Of a DNA stretch of 64,000 nt, positions 24,701-36,700 are shown in pieces (positions within the stretch are counted from its first letter, which is position 1; the number at the start of each line of letters is the position of its first letter). The stretch covers positions 7,378,001 through 7,442,000 of the forward strand of contig OZ287750.1 in the NCBI GenBank assembly GCA_965649765.1, given 5' to 3'. This DNA is from Bispira polyomma (lineage: Eukaryota). The notes beneath the pieces are model-generated. The model worked only from the letters and a program-made list of their open reading frames with translations, was not told where the DNA came from and made no database searches. The translations under genes were made by a program, and so were the position numbers.

Positions 24701-27700
24701 AAATCCTGGAGGTGATCAGAGACAACCCCAAGTGTGAACAGTACTTCAAAAAGATTGCAGACCACTTTGCCAATGTGGGAGAATATGAGAGGGCTGAGAG
24801 GTATGTGTGTGTATGTGTGTACCTGCACAGATGTGTGTGGGTTTATGAAAAATGCAACTATTGTAGAAATAAAGTCTGAGAGTGCGTACTTTGTTTGAAA
24901 TTTGTTTGCCATTTAACTTGACTTTGATTTCAGTTCTTTTATAAAGACCCAGTAAATGGCGTATTTTTAAAGCAACTAAAAACATGTTTTCCAACTTACT
25001 GTGAACTCATTGCATCCGTATCCCTTCCTTTAAAATTTGTACTTAATTCGCTCAGATTAAATACAGCTACAAATTTCACACTGACGACTTTTGCATTTGA
25101 TGCGCACTTCGGGTTTTTATAATCACTTCGAGAGTATGACAGATTACAAGGTTTACAGTGCTTGAAAACTTGTTTCTTCCACCATTAAATCTGGCCCTTG
25201 TAATATCACCTTAAGGTATATATGACATTGTAGTTAGTAATCAGAACCAATATATTCAGGTACTATATTGAGGCTGGTTGTAGTTAGTAACCAGTACCTA
25301 TGTGTTCAGGTACTACATTGAGGCAGGCCATGGTAAAGACACCGTTGTATTTACTAACCAGTACCTATATATCCAGGTACTACATTGAGGCAGGCCGCGG
25401 TAAAGACGCTATAGAGATGTACAACAATGCAGGTCGGTGGGAGGATGCCCACAGACTGGCCTCCAGTAACATGAAGCCTGAAGATGTGGCCGTCTTGTAT
25501 GTGCAGAAAGCACAGGAGCTCGAGTCTAATGGCAGATACAAGGAAGCTGAAAGGTGAGTCAAAACACTAAATATCCTTCTTGGTTTTTATGTTAATAATA
25601 CAGTCGAACCTCTATTATCCAAACTTCTAATGTCCGAAAATTTGATTGTATTAACACACTTTCACTCAAGTGCCTCTTTAAGATTACAAATATTCTATTA
25701 TCCAACCAAATTCTTGCTCCCTTAATATGTTTGTATAATAAAGGTTTTACTGTGTATATTTTACAATGTATAATCTAAGCTGCTATGTGATTTTGTTTAT
25801 CCTGTGATGTTTTCCCGATTCTGGCCTTGAAAATTAGACTGTTTTGTTACCGTGGAACCTCTATTATCCAAACTTCTATTATCTGATTATCTAACCATTT
25901 AACAATGTTATGTACACACATTTACTCTCCCAATGTTACATTTCCCTGTTATTTGTACTAAATTGGGTCACTTCTGAAACTTCTATTTTCCAAACAAAAT
26001 TTTACTCTTCCAGCAGGTTCAATTAGAGGAGGTACTACTGTATTGTTCACTTTGTGCTAAAGAGGAATCTGAACATTTGCCGCATATCTATAATTATTAC
26101 AGAAAACTCAAAACTCATTTTGTTGATGTTTTGTCGATTTTGTGAATGGTTTAGTACATGGCCATTCCTTACTCTACATGTAAGTGTTTGTTTATTGTTG
26201 TTTTTTTTTTCAGGTTGTATTGTACAGTTGATGAACCTGATCTGGCCATCACCATGTACAAAAAACTGAAAATGTATGGAGACATGATTCGACTGGTCAA
26301 GCTTTATCACAAGGTATGTGACGTACAGGTTGAGTATGGAGAACTCAATGTATTTACTGCAGTTAATTGATTTGAAGAATTAACAAATGGTGGCTTAGTG
26401 GTGAGAAGCTTAAGGTTTACAATCATTGGCTTCTCAACAATGTGGGTTTGAATCATGTTCGTTCCTTCATGTGGGAAAGTTTATCAGGTACTTGCCATAG
26501 GCCAATGGTTTACAGTGGATTCAGCATTGGTGTGTTCCACCATTGAATCTAGCCGCCATGATATGACCTAAGCTGTTGAAAGTGACGTAAAACTGAACTA
26601 CACCCATGTAAGGTAAAATTTTTTACTGTGACCAGTGCACTGTGTTTGAGGATCTGTTACAACACACACCTTACACCTGGGTAGGAGGTCATAGTGGCTC
26701 AATGGTTAGAAGTGTTAGCTTCACAATCATTGGCTTCTCACCAATTTGGATCAAATCCTGTTTGTTCCTTTATCTGGGAAAGTTTTGTCAGGTCTTTACC
26801 ATAGGCAGGTGGTTTGCAGTGCTTCAACACTGGTTTGTTTCACTATTGAATCTGGCCGTTGTGATATGACCTAAGCTGTTCAAAGTGACGTAAATCAAAA
26901 CTACACCTGTGTAAGGTTAAAACTTTTACTGTAACCTATACACTGTGTTTTAGGACCGTTGAAAACGACGTAAATCTAAACCACACCTTGGTAAGGTTAA
27001 TACTCTTACTGTAACCAGTACACTGTGTTTTAGGACCTGTTACAAGACACACACTTACACCTGGGTAAGGAGCTGGAGGCTGAGAACAACTTCAGGCAGG
27101 CTGAACATCATTATGTAGAGGGTGGGGACTGGAAAGCTGCCATCAACATGTACAGGATCAACGAAATGTGGGAGGAAGCCTACAGGGTAAGCTATAGTTA
27201 ACTGTGGAAAAATCTGAAAATAGTATTTAACTTGAAAAATTTGTCTTGTGCTAAGAATGGAACTTATTGATTGATACTCCGTATATGTCCCAGTACTGCA
27301 ATCATCAGTGGTTATATCTGATCAGGAAAGATTTCACCATTTTTTAAAAGCGTTGTCCAAGTGAAAAAATGCTCAGTAAATGAACCCTTTTTAGTAAAAC
27401 TCTGATAAGTAGAATTACCTGTTCAGTAGAATTTACTATAAGGTCCCACTGCTATATTTATAATTAAAATCTACCCTGTTAAGTAGTATTTCTGTCAAGT
27501 AGAACAGAATTTTAGGGTCTCTCAAGATTCGACTGGACAGGGTTTCAGTGTATTTAAAATCTGTAAAACTTGACAACAGATTATAATGAACCACTTCAAT
27601 TAATGTCACAGATATGGCCTCCATTATTTATATGCTTCCTGAAATTCAATTACCCTATCTGATGTTCACATTTACTACTCAGTTCGGAAAAGAGCAGAAT

Positions 27701-30700
27701 TCGGAAACGTTGCCGAATTCAGGAACTGTTCCTGAATTCTGCAACCCTGAAGTTCCTGAATTCGGGAACTTTGAGAATATTTTAATTTAGGCAGTTAACC
27801 AGACAAATTGGCAATTTATGATAACTGTTATGTAAATATACATTATTAAATAAAAAACTTTTGTGTTGCTTGAAAAAAATCCATCGTTGAGTTACAGTTC
27901 ACTTAAAATTTGTAAAGAAATTCAACACAAAAACAAAAATTATACCCAGAAATGGTTGCTAATTAACCACTGTTTCAAGTAAAATAATGGCAGTAAAACT
28001 TTTTTGTTGTTTTTAAAACATGAATTTTATAAGGTTCCTGAATTTGGAAACGTTTCCAAATTCAGGAACTTTAGGGTTGCAGAATTCCGAAACAGTTCCC
28101 GAATTCTGCTCTTTCCTGAACTGTACTATCCCCCACCTGATAGGTTGCCAAGAATAATGGAGGAACCAATGCGGCCAAGCAGGTGGCTTACCTGTGGGCT
28201 AAACACCTTGGTGGAGATTCTGCTGTCAAACTGTTGACAAAGTTTGCTCTGCTAGAGTCTGCCATTGACTACGCCACAGAAAACTGTGCCTTTGAGTTTG
28301 CCTTTGACCTTGCAAAGACATCGATGAAGAACAAGTTCCCTGAAATCCACGTGAAGCATGCCATGTACCTGGAGGATGAGGGCAAGTTTGCAGAAGCTGA
28401 GGCGGCATTCGTGAAGGCAAACAAACCCAAAGAGGCTGTGTTAATGTAAGGGTTTTAAAATGATGTGTGCAAATATTTCGTAGATGTTATTGTATCTGAT
28501 AAATTTTTCTCTGCAGTTTTTTTGTTCATGAGTTTTTTTTATCAACTGATTTACAGTGACCCATATTTGTATGTGCCCTAGTTTTTTTGTTTTTTTTAGT
28601 AGATTGGCTAATCAAGGCCAATCTACTTATAATATTATGGAGATGATCTTGTTTATTCAGCAGCATTTTCCTGTTTTATGACTTTATTTTGACCTTGAAA
28701 TAATGTCTTTGACTTTGAAAACATCATGTGCAACATCATAGTCCGACCTAAACTTGACCTTGAAGTTATGACGTGTTCCTTAAAGATCTTATCTCGGAAA
28801 TTACTTCTCAATGGAACTTGGCAAAAATATTTGTCTGGGCCTGTACATGTGCAATATCATGATCTGACCTTATTTTAACCTTTGAGTAATGACCTTAACC
28901 TTTTCAATGTTTTCAGGATTATATCTCAGTAACTACTGCTCACAGGAAGTTCAAACTCATCGTTTGTCAATTTTACCAAAAGACTGTGGCGTTTCACCGT
29001 CTCTTAAGCTATTTGTAACTGTATAATCTTTTACTGTACAGGTATGTACACAACCAGGATTGGGACTCGGCCCAGCGTGTGGCTGAGGAGAATGACCCTG
29101 ACTCTGTAGCTGATGTACTGGTAGGACAGGCCCGGTTTGCCTTTGAGGAGAAGGAATTCCAGAAAGCTGAGTCCTTCTTACTCAGAGCACAAAGGCCTGA
29201 ATTAGCTGTCAAGTACTACAGGGTATGTATGTCCTAAACTAAGGGGTGTTTGTATGTCAAGTATGTTGGAGATGTTAATTAGCTGTGAAGTACTACATGG
29301 TATGTATGTCCTAAACTAAGGTGTTTATATATAATGTCTGTGTTGGAGATGTTAATTAGCTGTGAAGTACTACAGGGTATGTAGGCCCTAAACTAAGGGG
29401 GGTTTGTATATCACCTGTATTGGAGGTGTTATTTAGCTGTCAAGTACTACAGGGTATGTAGGTCCTCAACTAAGGGGTGTTTGTATGTCAAGTCTGTATT
29501 GGAGATGTTAATTAGCTGTTAAATACTACAGGGTATGTAGGTCCTAAACTAAGGGGTGTTTGTATGTCAAGTGTACATTGGAGATGTTAATTAGCTGTTA
29601 ATTACTACAGGTTATGTAGGCCCTAAACTAATGGGTGTTTGAATGTCAAGTGTATATTGAAGGTGTTAGATACATTGTGGTCTTATGTGGCCTAGCGGTT
29701 ACTCACCTGTTCCACTTCCAATTGATGGAGTTGGTCTGGTAATCGAAGGTCTCCAGTTTGTTGGTGGGATAAGATCCTTGGGCAGGATGTGAACACAGCA
29801 TTGCCTAGTGATGACGAGCCTGGTTATGTTGTAGCACTATCCCTTTTCGGACAATTAGGACATGTTTTAGTATATGTATGTGTATTGGTATATGTATGTG
29901 TATTGGTATATGTATGTGTATTGGTATACGTTTGTGTATTGGTATGTGTATTGGTATGTCTATGTATGTGTAAACAGGATGCAGGCATGTGGCAGGACGC
30001 TCTGAGAGTGTGTAAAGAGTACATCCCCAACAAGCTACAAGCTCTACAAGACGAATATGAGGCTGAGATGATTGGGGCATCTAAAAGGTACGAATACTTT
30101 GAGTAGAGGAGTGTACTTCTGAAATATCTCTCATAGATAACATAGATCTGTCAATAATCACATGTAGTTCTGTAGACAATCTAAGTCTCATTTCTGCCAT
30201 GTTAAAGGTACATGGACATCAAAATGTTTTTGTCATGTTTTTTGACAGTCTTCAGGTTTATCTATGTTTTATGATCACACAGAGGGGTAGATGCCTGGTC
30301 CAACAGGCCAGGTAGTGGGAATCTCCTGTCTGTGTACCTGTTGTTTACCTGTACTTTACCTGTAGTTTACCTGTTGTTTTACCACACAGAGGGGTAGAAG
30401 CTCTGGTCCAACAGGCCAGGGAGTGGGAGTCTTCAGGAGAACACCAGAGAGCAGTAGAGTGTTACATCAAAGTCAGTTCTGCAGTCACTAATGATGTCAA
30501 GATCTTAGAGAAATGCTGGATTAAGGTATACAACTCTCTCAATTAGAAAATGGTCCGTAATATTAGATTTGTGGAGTTAACATTTTAATGGTTTACCAAA
30601 AATGTACAAATAACTGGTATCTATTAAGGTTATTAAAAAGTATATGGGGGTATCGAAAGTTTTTGTTTCTGTAAACTTGTGTAGAAACGTTATCTAAGGA

Positions 30701-33700
30701 GTGATATTAAACATTTTCAAGACATTCAATCATATTAGTTCCCATATTCTCTTTAGAGGTGAAGAATAGAATCTGGAGTGCCCTCCTCTTATCCATTTTG
30801 ACCTCTAGGTGGTAGACTAGAAGCCGACAACAGTGTTACTCCCAGATCCTATGTCTGTTGGCAATCAGTCAATGTCCCTAAAATATCATTTTATTTTTCT
30901 TCAGATTTTTGCAATAGGAAATTTTTAGTACAGCAGAATCACCCCTTCAGAAAATTATACATTGTTGTATGTCGGAAGTAGTCTGTGTGGTGTGTTTTAG
31001 TGACTTCAAGTATATGTTACCTAATCCCTTCAGGTTTTGGTGATAATTTTATCTTCAGTTTGAACAGGATAGTTTGCAACCTTCTAATAGTCTTTTTGCC
31101 ATTTTTCTCTAAAATAATTAGTACAACTCAAAACTCACTTAACCTGTACTTAAGAAGGATATCTACTTAGTAGGGTAAATTTGAAAAGAAAAGGTTTTGT
31201 GGAAATCATTATATACTTGTGTACATAAAAAGAAATTGAATTAACAGAGTTCTACATAAAGGGGGCTGACTGTATTAGTTTTGTTATGTCCAGTAGAACT
31301 AAATAGAACCAATGTGGATAGAATTTCTTACTAATATGTGTACTACTCTATGTAAGGGGTAGCCTAGTGGTTACAAGCGCCTGCTTCAATATTACTTGCC
31401 TCTCACTAATGTGGGTTTGAATCCCCTTTGTTTCTTTATGTGGGAAAGTTTATTAGGTACATCTTCTGGATCAGTGGTTTACGGTGCTTCAGGAGTGGTT
31501 TCATCCACCTTTAAATCACCTCCCATCTCTAATCTCGACCGGGCTTTAAGTAAGAAAGTTGGCAGTAAGTCGCTGATGGTTGCTGGTTTATGGTGTAGAA
31601 TTTTGACCAACTAGTATACACTGGTTTCATCTATTCATAGTCGTGATATGACCTGTACAATGTGTTGAAAGCAACATTAAACCCAAATCAAATCTGTCTT
31701 TAAATCTGGCCATCGTAATATGATCTAAGCTGTTGAAATTACCTTAAAACCAAACTAAATTCGAATTCACCTGTATAGTTACTGTGTTTATGCTTTGTTT
31801 TACCAGGGAGCTGACACTGCCCTCAAGTTTCTGCCACAAGACCAAGCTGTGCAGGTGGTGCAGAATGTTGGGCCCAGGCTGATTGAAATTAAAAGACACA
31901 CTCCAGTAAGTATAAAATCACTCTTAAAGGATATCAATATATTTTTCGCCCATGTTTTAAGTCGTGCTTGCAACATCATCATTTGCTCAGATAGTTTAAC
32001 TAGAATAAACAAGAAAATAAGTTCTGTGCATGAGATGATCTGAGTATGACTTCATAATACGAGAAAAAATATATTAAAAGGGGTTCGGAAAGTAATGAAC
32101 GTATCATAGGCTATTTTTTATTAAACAGCTAAGTGAACATTTATTCAGTGTTCCTAAACGTTTTAGGATAGCAGTATTTAGATGATGAAAGGGTCGTATC
32201 AAGTAGAAGAGGCATTGGTGAAGGTGACACACTTGCCTCCCATCTCTGCTGTTGTGGGTTTAAATCTTGGCCCATGACGTGTTTGTGAGAAAGTTGGCAG
32301 TAGACTTGCTGAAGCCCGATGGTTTACAGAGCAGAAAACCTTGACCAACTACATTGTTCTGATTTCCTCCATCAGTAAAAAAACTGGCAATCGTGATATG
32401 ACACAAATGTGTTGAAAGTGACATTATAAATCCAGACTAAACTGTACAGTAAACCAGTGAGTGTTTAGATTCTCTACATGTACTTTTCAGGCAGGAGAAC
32501 TGTATCTCCAGGTGGATATGATCAAGGAAGCTATTGATGCCTTTATAGAAGGGGGAGAGTGGAACAAGGCCAAGAGAGTGGCCAAAGAGCTGGAACCCAG
32601 GTAGTGTAATTAGTCTGTAGTATCATCGGTGCACCATATCACAAGGACGTAAGCAAGCCCATAGTACCTGACCAAAATAATACGTAGCATACAAAAATGT
32701 GACGATTTGAAAACGCCAATCTGTGTATATTGCGCTTGTTTCAGTATACTAAAAAAAATTATATTTTCTATCAATAAAAATTGCGGTTTTAAAATTTCAA
32801 AACAAACTCAAACCACTGATTCTCGACTTTGGTAGCTCCTCGACTGCACTTCACTACCTAAACCCAGAAAGTGATTCCAATAGTCTAAGCTCAACTGGGA
32901 GACTATTCCATAACATGAGGGCAGCGATTGAGAAAGCTCTATATCCAGCCCTCTTGGTGGGTTTTACTGAGGAAACAGAAAGTCTGTATAGTGTGTGTTT
33001 TACTGTAGGTTAGAGGAGTATGTAGATGACAAGTACAAAGAATACCACAGAACTCAGGGGAATGCTGAGGCTCTGGCCACTGTGGATGTGATGGGGGCCC
33101 TGGATATGTATGCTCAACAGGGAGAGTGGGAGCGCTGCATTACTACTGCTGAACAGCAGGTAACTAAGAACTCTTTACTACTGCTCAACAACAGGTAACT
33201 AAGAACTCTTTACTACTGCTTAACAACAGGTAACTAAAGACTCTTTACTACTGCTCAATAACAGGTAACTAAGAACTCGTTACTACTGCTCAACAACAGG
33301 TAACTAAGCACTCTTATTACTGCTGAGCAACAGGTAACCAAAAACTCTTTACTACTGCTTAACAACAGGTAACTAAGAACTCTTTACTACTGCTCAACAA
33401 CAGGTAACTAAGAACTCTTTACTACTGCTGAGCAACAGGTAGTTGAAGTCTATCTGTAAAGCCCATGGGCTGTTAACTTAAACTTTACTACTGCTGAACA
33501 CCAGCTGGCTAAACTCTGTCTGTAAAGCCCATGGGCTGTTAACTTAAACTTTACTACTGCTGAGCACCAGCTGGCTAAACTCTGTCTGTAAAGCCCATAA
33601 GCTGTTAATTTAAACTTTACTACTGATAAACAACAGGTAGTAAATATATACCTGTAAAGTCCATGGACTTTTAACTTAAACTTTAATATGTGGCTCAGCT

Positions 33701-36700
33701 GATTGTTAACTAATGTGATACATGATAACACATACTTGAATTGTAATTAACCTGTACATACTTGTCCACAGAATCCCAAACTCCTCCCCAAGTACATGGC
33801 TCAGTATGTAATACATGACAATACACGCTGTCAGTAACATGTACATACTTGTCCACAGAATCCCAAACTTCTACCCAAGTACGTTGCTCAGTATGTGATA
33901 CATGACAATAGACAATACACACTGTTATTAACCTGTATATAACTTGTCCACAGAATCCCAAACTCCTGCCCAAGTATGTGGCTCAGTATGCCACCCAGCT
34001 GATCCGAGAGAACCGGATTCAGGAAGCTCTGGATCAGTATGTGAAGTATGGAGCTCCGGCCTTGCCCCAGAACTACAACATCTACAAGAGGATAGTGGGG
34101 GACTTCCTCACACTCAAAGACACCAACAAGGCAGAGTGTTACAGGATGTTTGCAGACCTAAGGGACATGTTGTGTGATCTGGTAAGTTCTGGGAGGATGT
34201 GGAAGTAGTATGGAGTGTAAAAGAGTTTAGTAACCATTAACACACAAGGTGGCACTGAGTTATCAAGCTATGTCTGCTTGTTTTACATACTGTTTGATGT
34301 ACTGTTTGGATATCAAAGTGTCACATTGTTATGTTATAATTATGTCTACCCCAGTGGGGGGTGGACATATTATTTTTGCTTTTTCCACCGTCCGCCGTCC
34401 GTCACGTTTGGTTTCCGGTCATTTCAAGGAAAAGTATTTATCCTATGTTTACCAAATTTGGTATGGGTGTTTATTGGGTTAATAGCTTGCATGGGATTGC
34501 TTTTGGTAAAGATAGCTGTATAGCTAACTGAGTAATAGCTACTTACTTACTTTTATGTACTTCTTTTGTTTCCGGGCATTTTAAGGAAAAATATTTGACA
34601 TATATTTACCAAATTTGGTATGACCAATAGTTAGGTCAATAGCTTGCTTGGGATTGCTTTTAATGATAATAGCTATATAACTGCCTTAGCAATAGCTACT
34701 TAGCTACTTTTAGTAGTAATAGCTACATAGCAAAAAACATAAATATGTCTATCTCCTAAACCGTGCGAGATAGAGCGATTTCGTCGAAATTCGACCGTCA
34801 GGGTATCTAAGCAATGTACTCTTGGCAATTTTGAAAAAAAAATTTACTCTCCCCAAAAATGGCGGCCATTTTGAATTTTCGAATTTTTGCCAAAACTGGA
34901 AAAACACAAATTTGCTTCTATCTCCTTAACCGTGCCAGATAGAGCGATTTCGTTGAAATTTTAGACTCACAGGGTATGTAATCAATGTGCTCTTGGCAAT
35001 TTTCAAAAAGTTTTCCTCTCCCCAAAAATGGCGGCCATTTTGAATTTTCGAATTTTTGCCCAAACTGGAAAAACACAAATTTGCTTCTATCTCCTGAACC
35101 GTGTGAGATAGAGCAATTTTTTATTACTCTCACACACTGCCCATCAATTGATTTCTTCTGAGCTTTCAAAGAATTCACGCACAGATTATACAACGAACAA
35201 TAGCTTTTTCTTGATCTCGCCTGAGTAGACACACCACATACACCCTTCCTTTGGTGTAAAAAAAAAATTAGGAAACTTGTGCACCCTTCTTTTGATACAA
35301 ATAAAATAACATGAAATTTATGCACTATTCCTTTGATTTAAATAAATAAACTTATGAAACTTATACATAAACCTGAAAAAATAATGGACCTTAATCAATT
35401 GTAAATGTAGGTTATCATTACCTTACATCAGATTTTTATAAATAATACTTAAATTATCTGGTGTGATGAAATTTTGCAAAATTGATGGCCAATTTTCCCA
35501 CCCATCACTTTAGCTGATGGCCAATTTTCCTGTTGGGATTTTTTGCTGATGGGATTCACTTGATGGACATTTTTTCTGATGGGCTTTTTTCAGGAATCTG
35601 TGACATGGTGTACACTACTAGGCAGTGCTTGTGTAAATGTGTTATGTACCATTTAGTTAGACAGCATTTTGTCCCCCTTGCAATTTTGACTGCCGTTTTG
35701 TCCCCTCGGTATTTTGTCCAACGACATTTTGTCCGTGCAGTTGAAATAATTTACATGTATACTAATAAATTTTGGAGCATCGTTGATATATTTTACAAAC
35801 AAAACATTCCTGTAAGACTATTGTGCAATTGTTCCAAAAGGTTCATGGGGTGGACATTACACATGCTAATGTGTGTTCTATGCTATCCTGTTTCTTTTCA
35901 TATGTTGCAGCTACTCTTAACAGGGCAACCTATTTCTAGTATTGTAAATGGAGATACCCCTTATTTTTTTTACGACAGATGACTTTACCACTGTAAGGCG
36001 TAAATGAGTCTCTCTGTTGTCTTACCCTAAACTCCCTCATAATAGCCCATGGGCTTTTAAATTTAAAGGAGAATGTGGTTTTTTCATTCAAAATTTTAAC
36101 AATACTTATAGAAAACTAGGGTTGGGCTCTTATAAAAGCATGGGCTATTACGAGGGAGTTTAGGGTAGTATCACTAGACCCTAGTGTATAGCAAACATGA
36201 GGACAAGGTAATATCAGAGACCATGTGGAGTTCTAGTCTTACTTAATTCTGAATGTGTTGTTTTTTTCTGACACCTGTACTTGTATGCCCTTTCATGTGG
36301 GAACCTGGGCAAGTCTCCAGAAAAGAATTCCCCCATCCAGGAAGAGTTTGAGTGTGTTTAGTGTGTGTATCTCACACCTGTACTTTCTGTTGTTCACACC
36401 TGTACTTATATACCCTTTCGTGTGGGAACCTGGGCAAGTCTCCAGAAAAGAGTTCCCCCATCCAGGAAGAGTTTGAGTGTGTTTAGTGTGTGTATCTCAC
36501 ACCTGTACTTTCTGTTGTTCACACCTGTACTTGTATACCCTTTCGTGTGGGAACCTGGGCAAGTCTCCAGAAAAGAGTTCCCCCATCCAGGAAGAGTTTG
36601 AGTGTGTTTAGTGTGTGTATCTCACACCTGTACTTTCTGTTGTTCACACCTGTACTTGTATGCCCTTTCGTGTGGGAACCTGGGCAAGTCTCCAGAAAAG

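Noticed and set aside
29789-30080. VYVCVL / HTYTNT / IHIP repeat ORFs
   Set aside because: Translations of the 18-bp intronic minisatellite; only 29978-30087 is exon.
35480-35740. Short GATGG..TTTT and ATTTTGTCC repeats, and the 149-aa ORF at 35533
   Set aside because: Probably sub-terminal repeats of decayed DNA transposons. No termini could be defined and the ORF has no motif.
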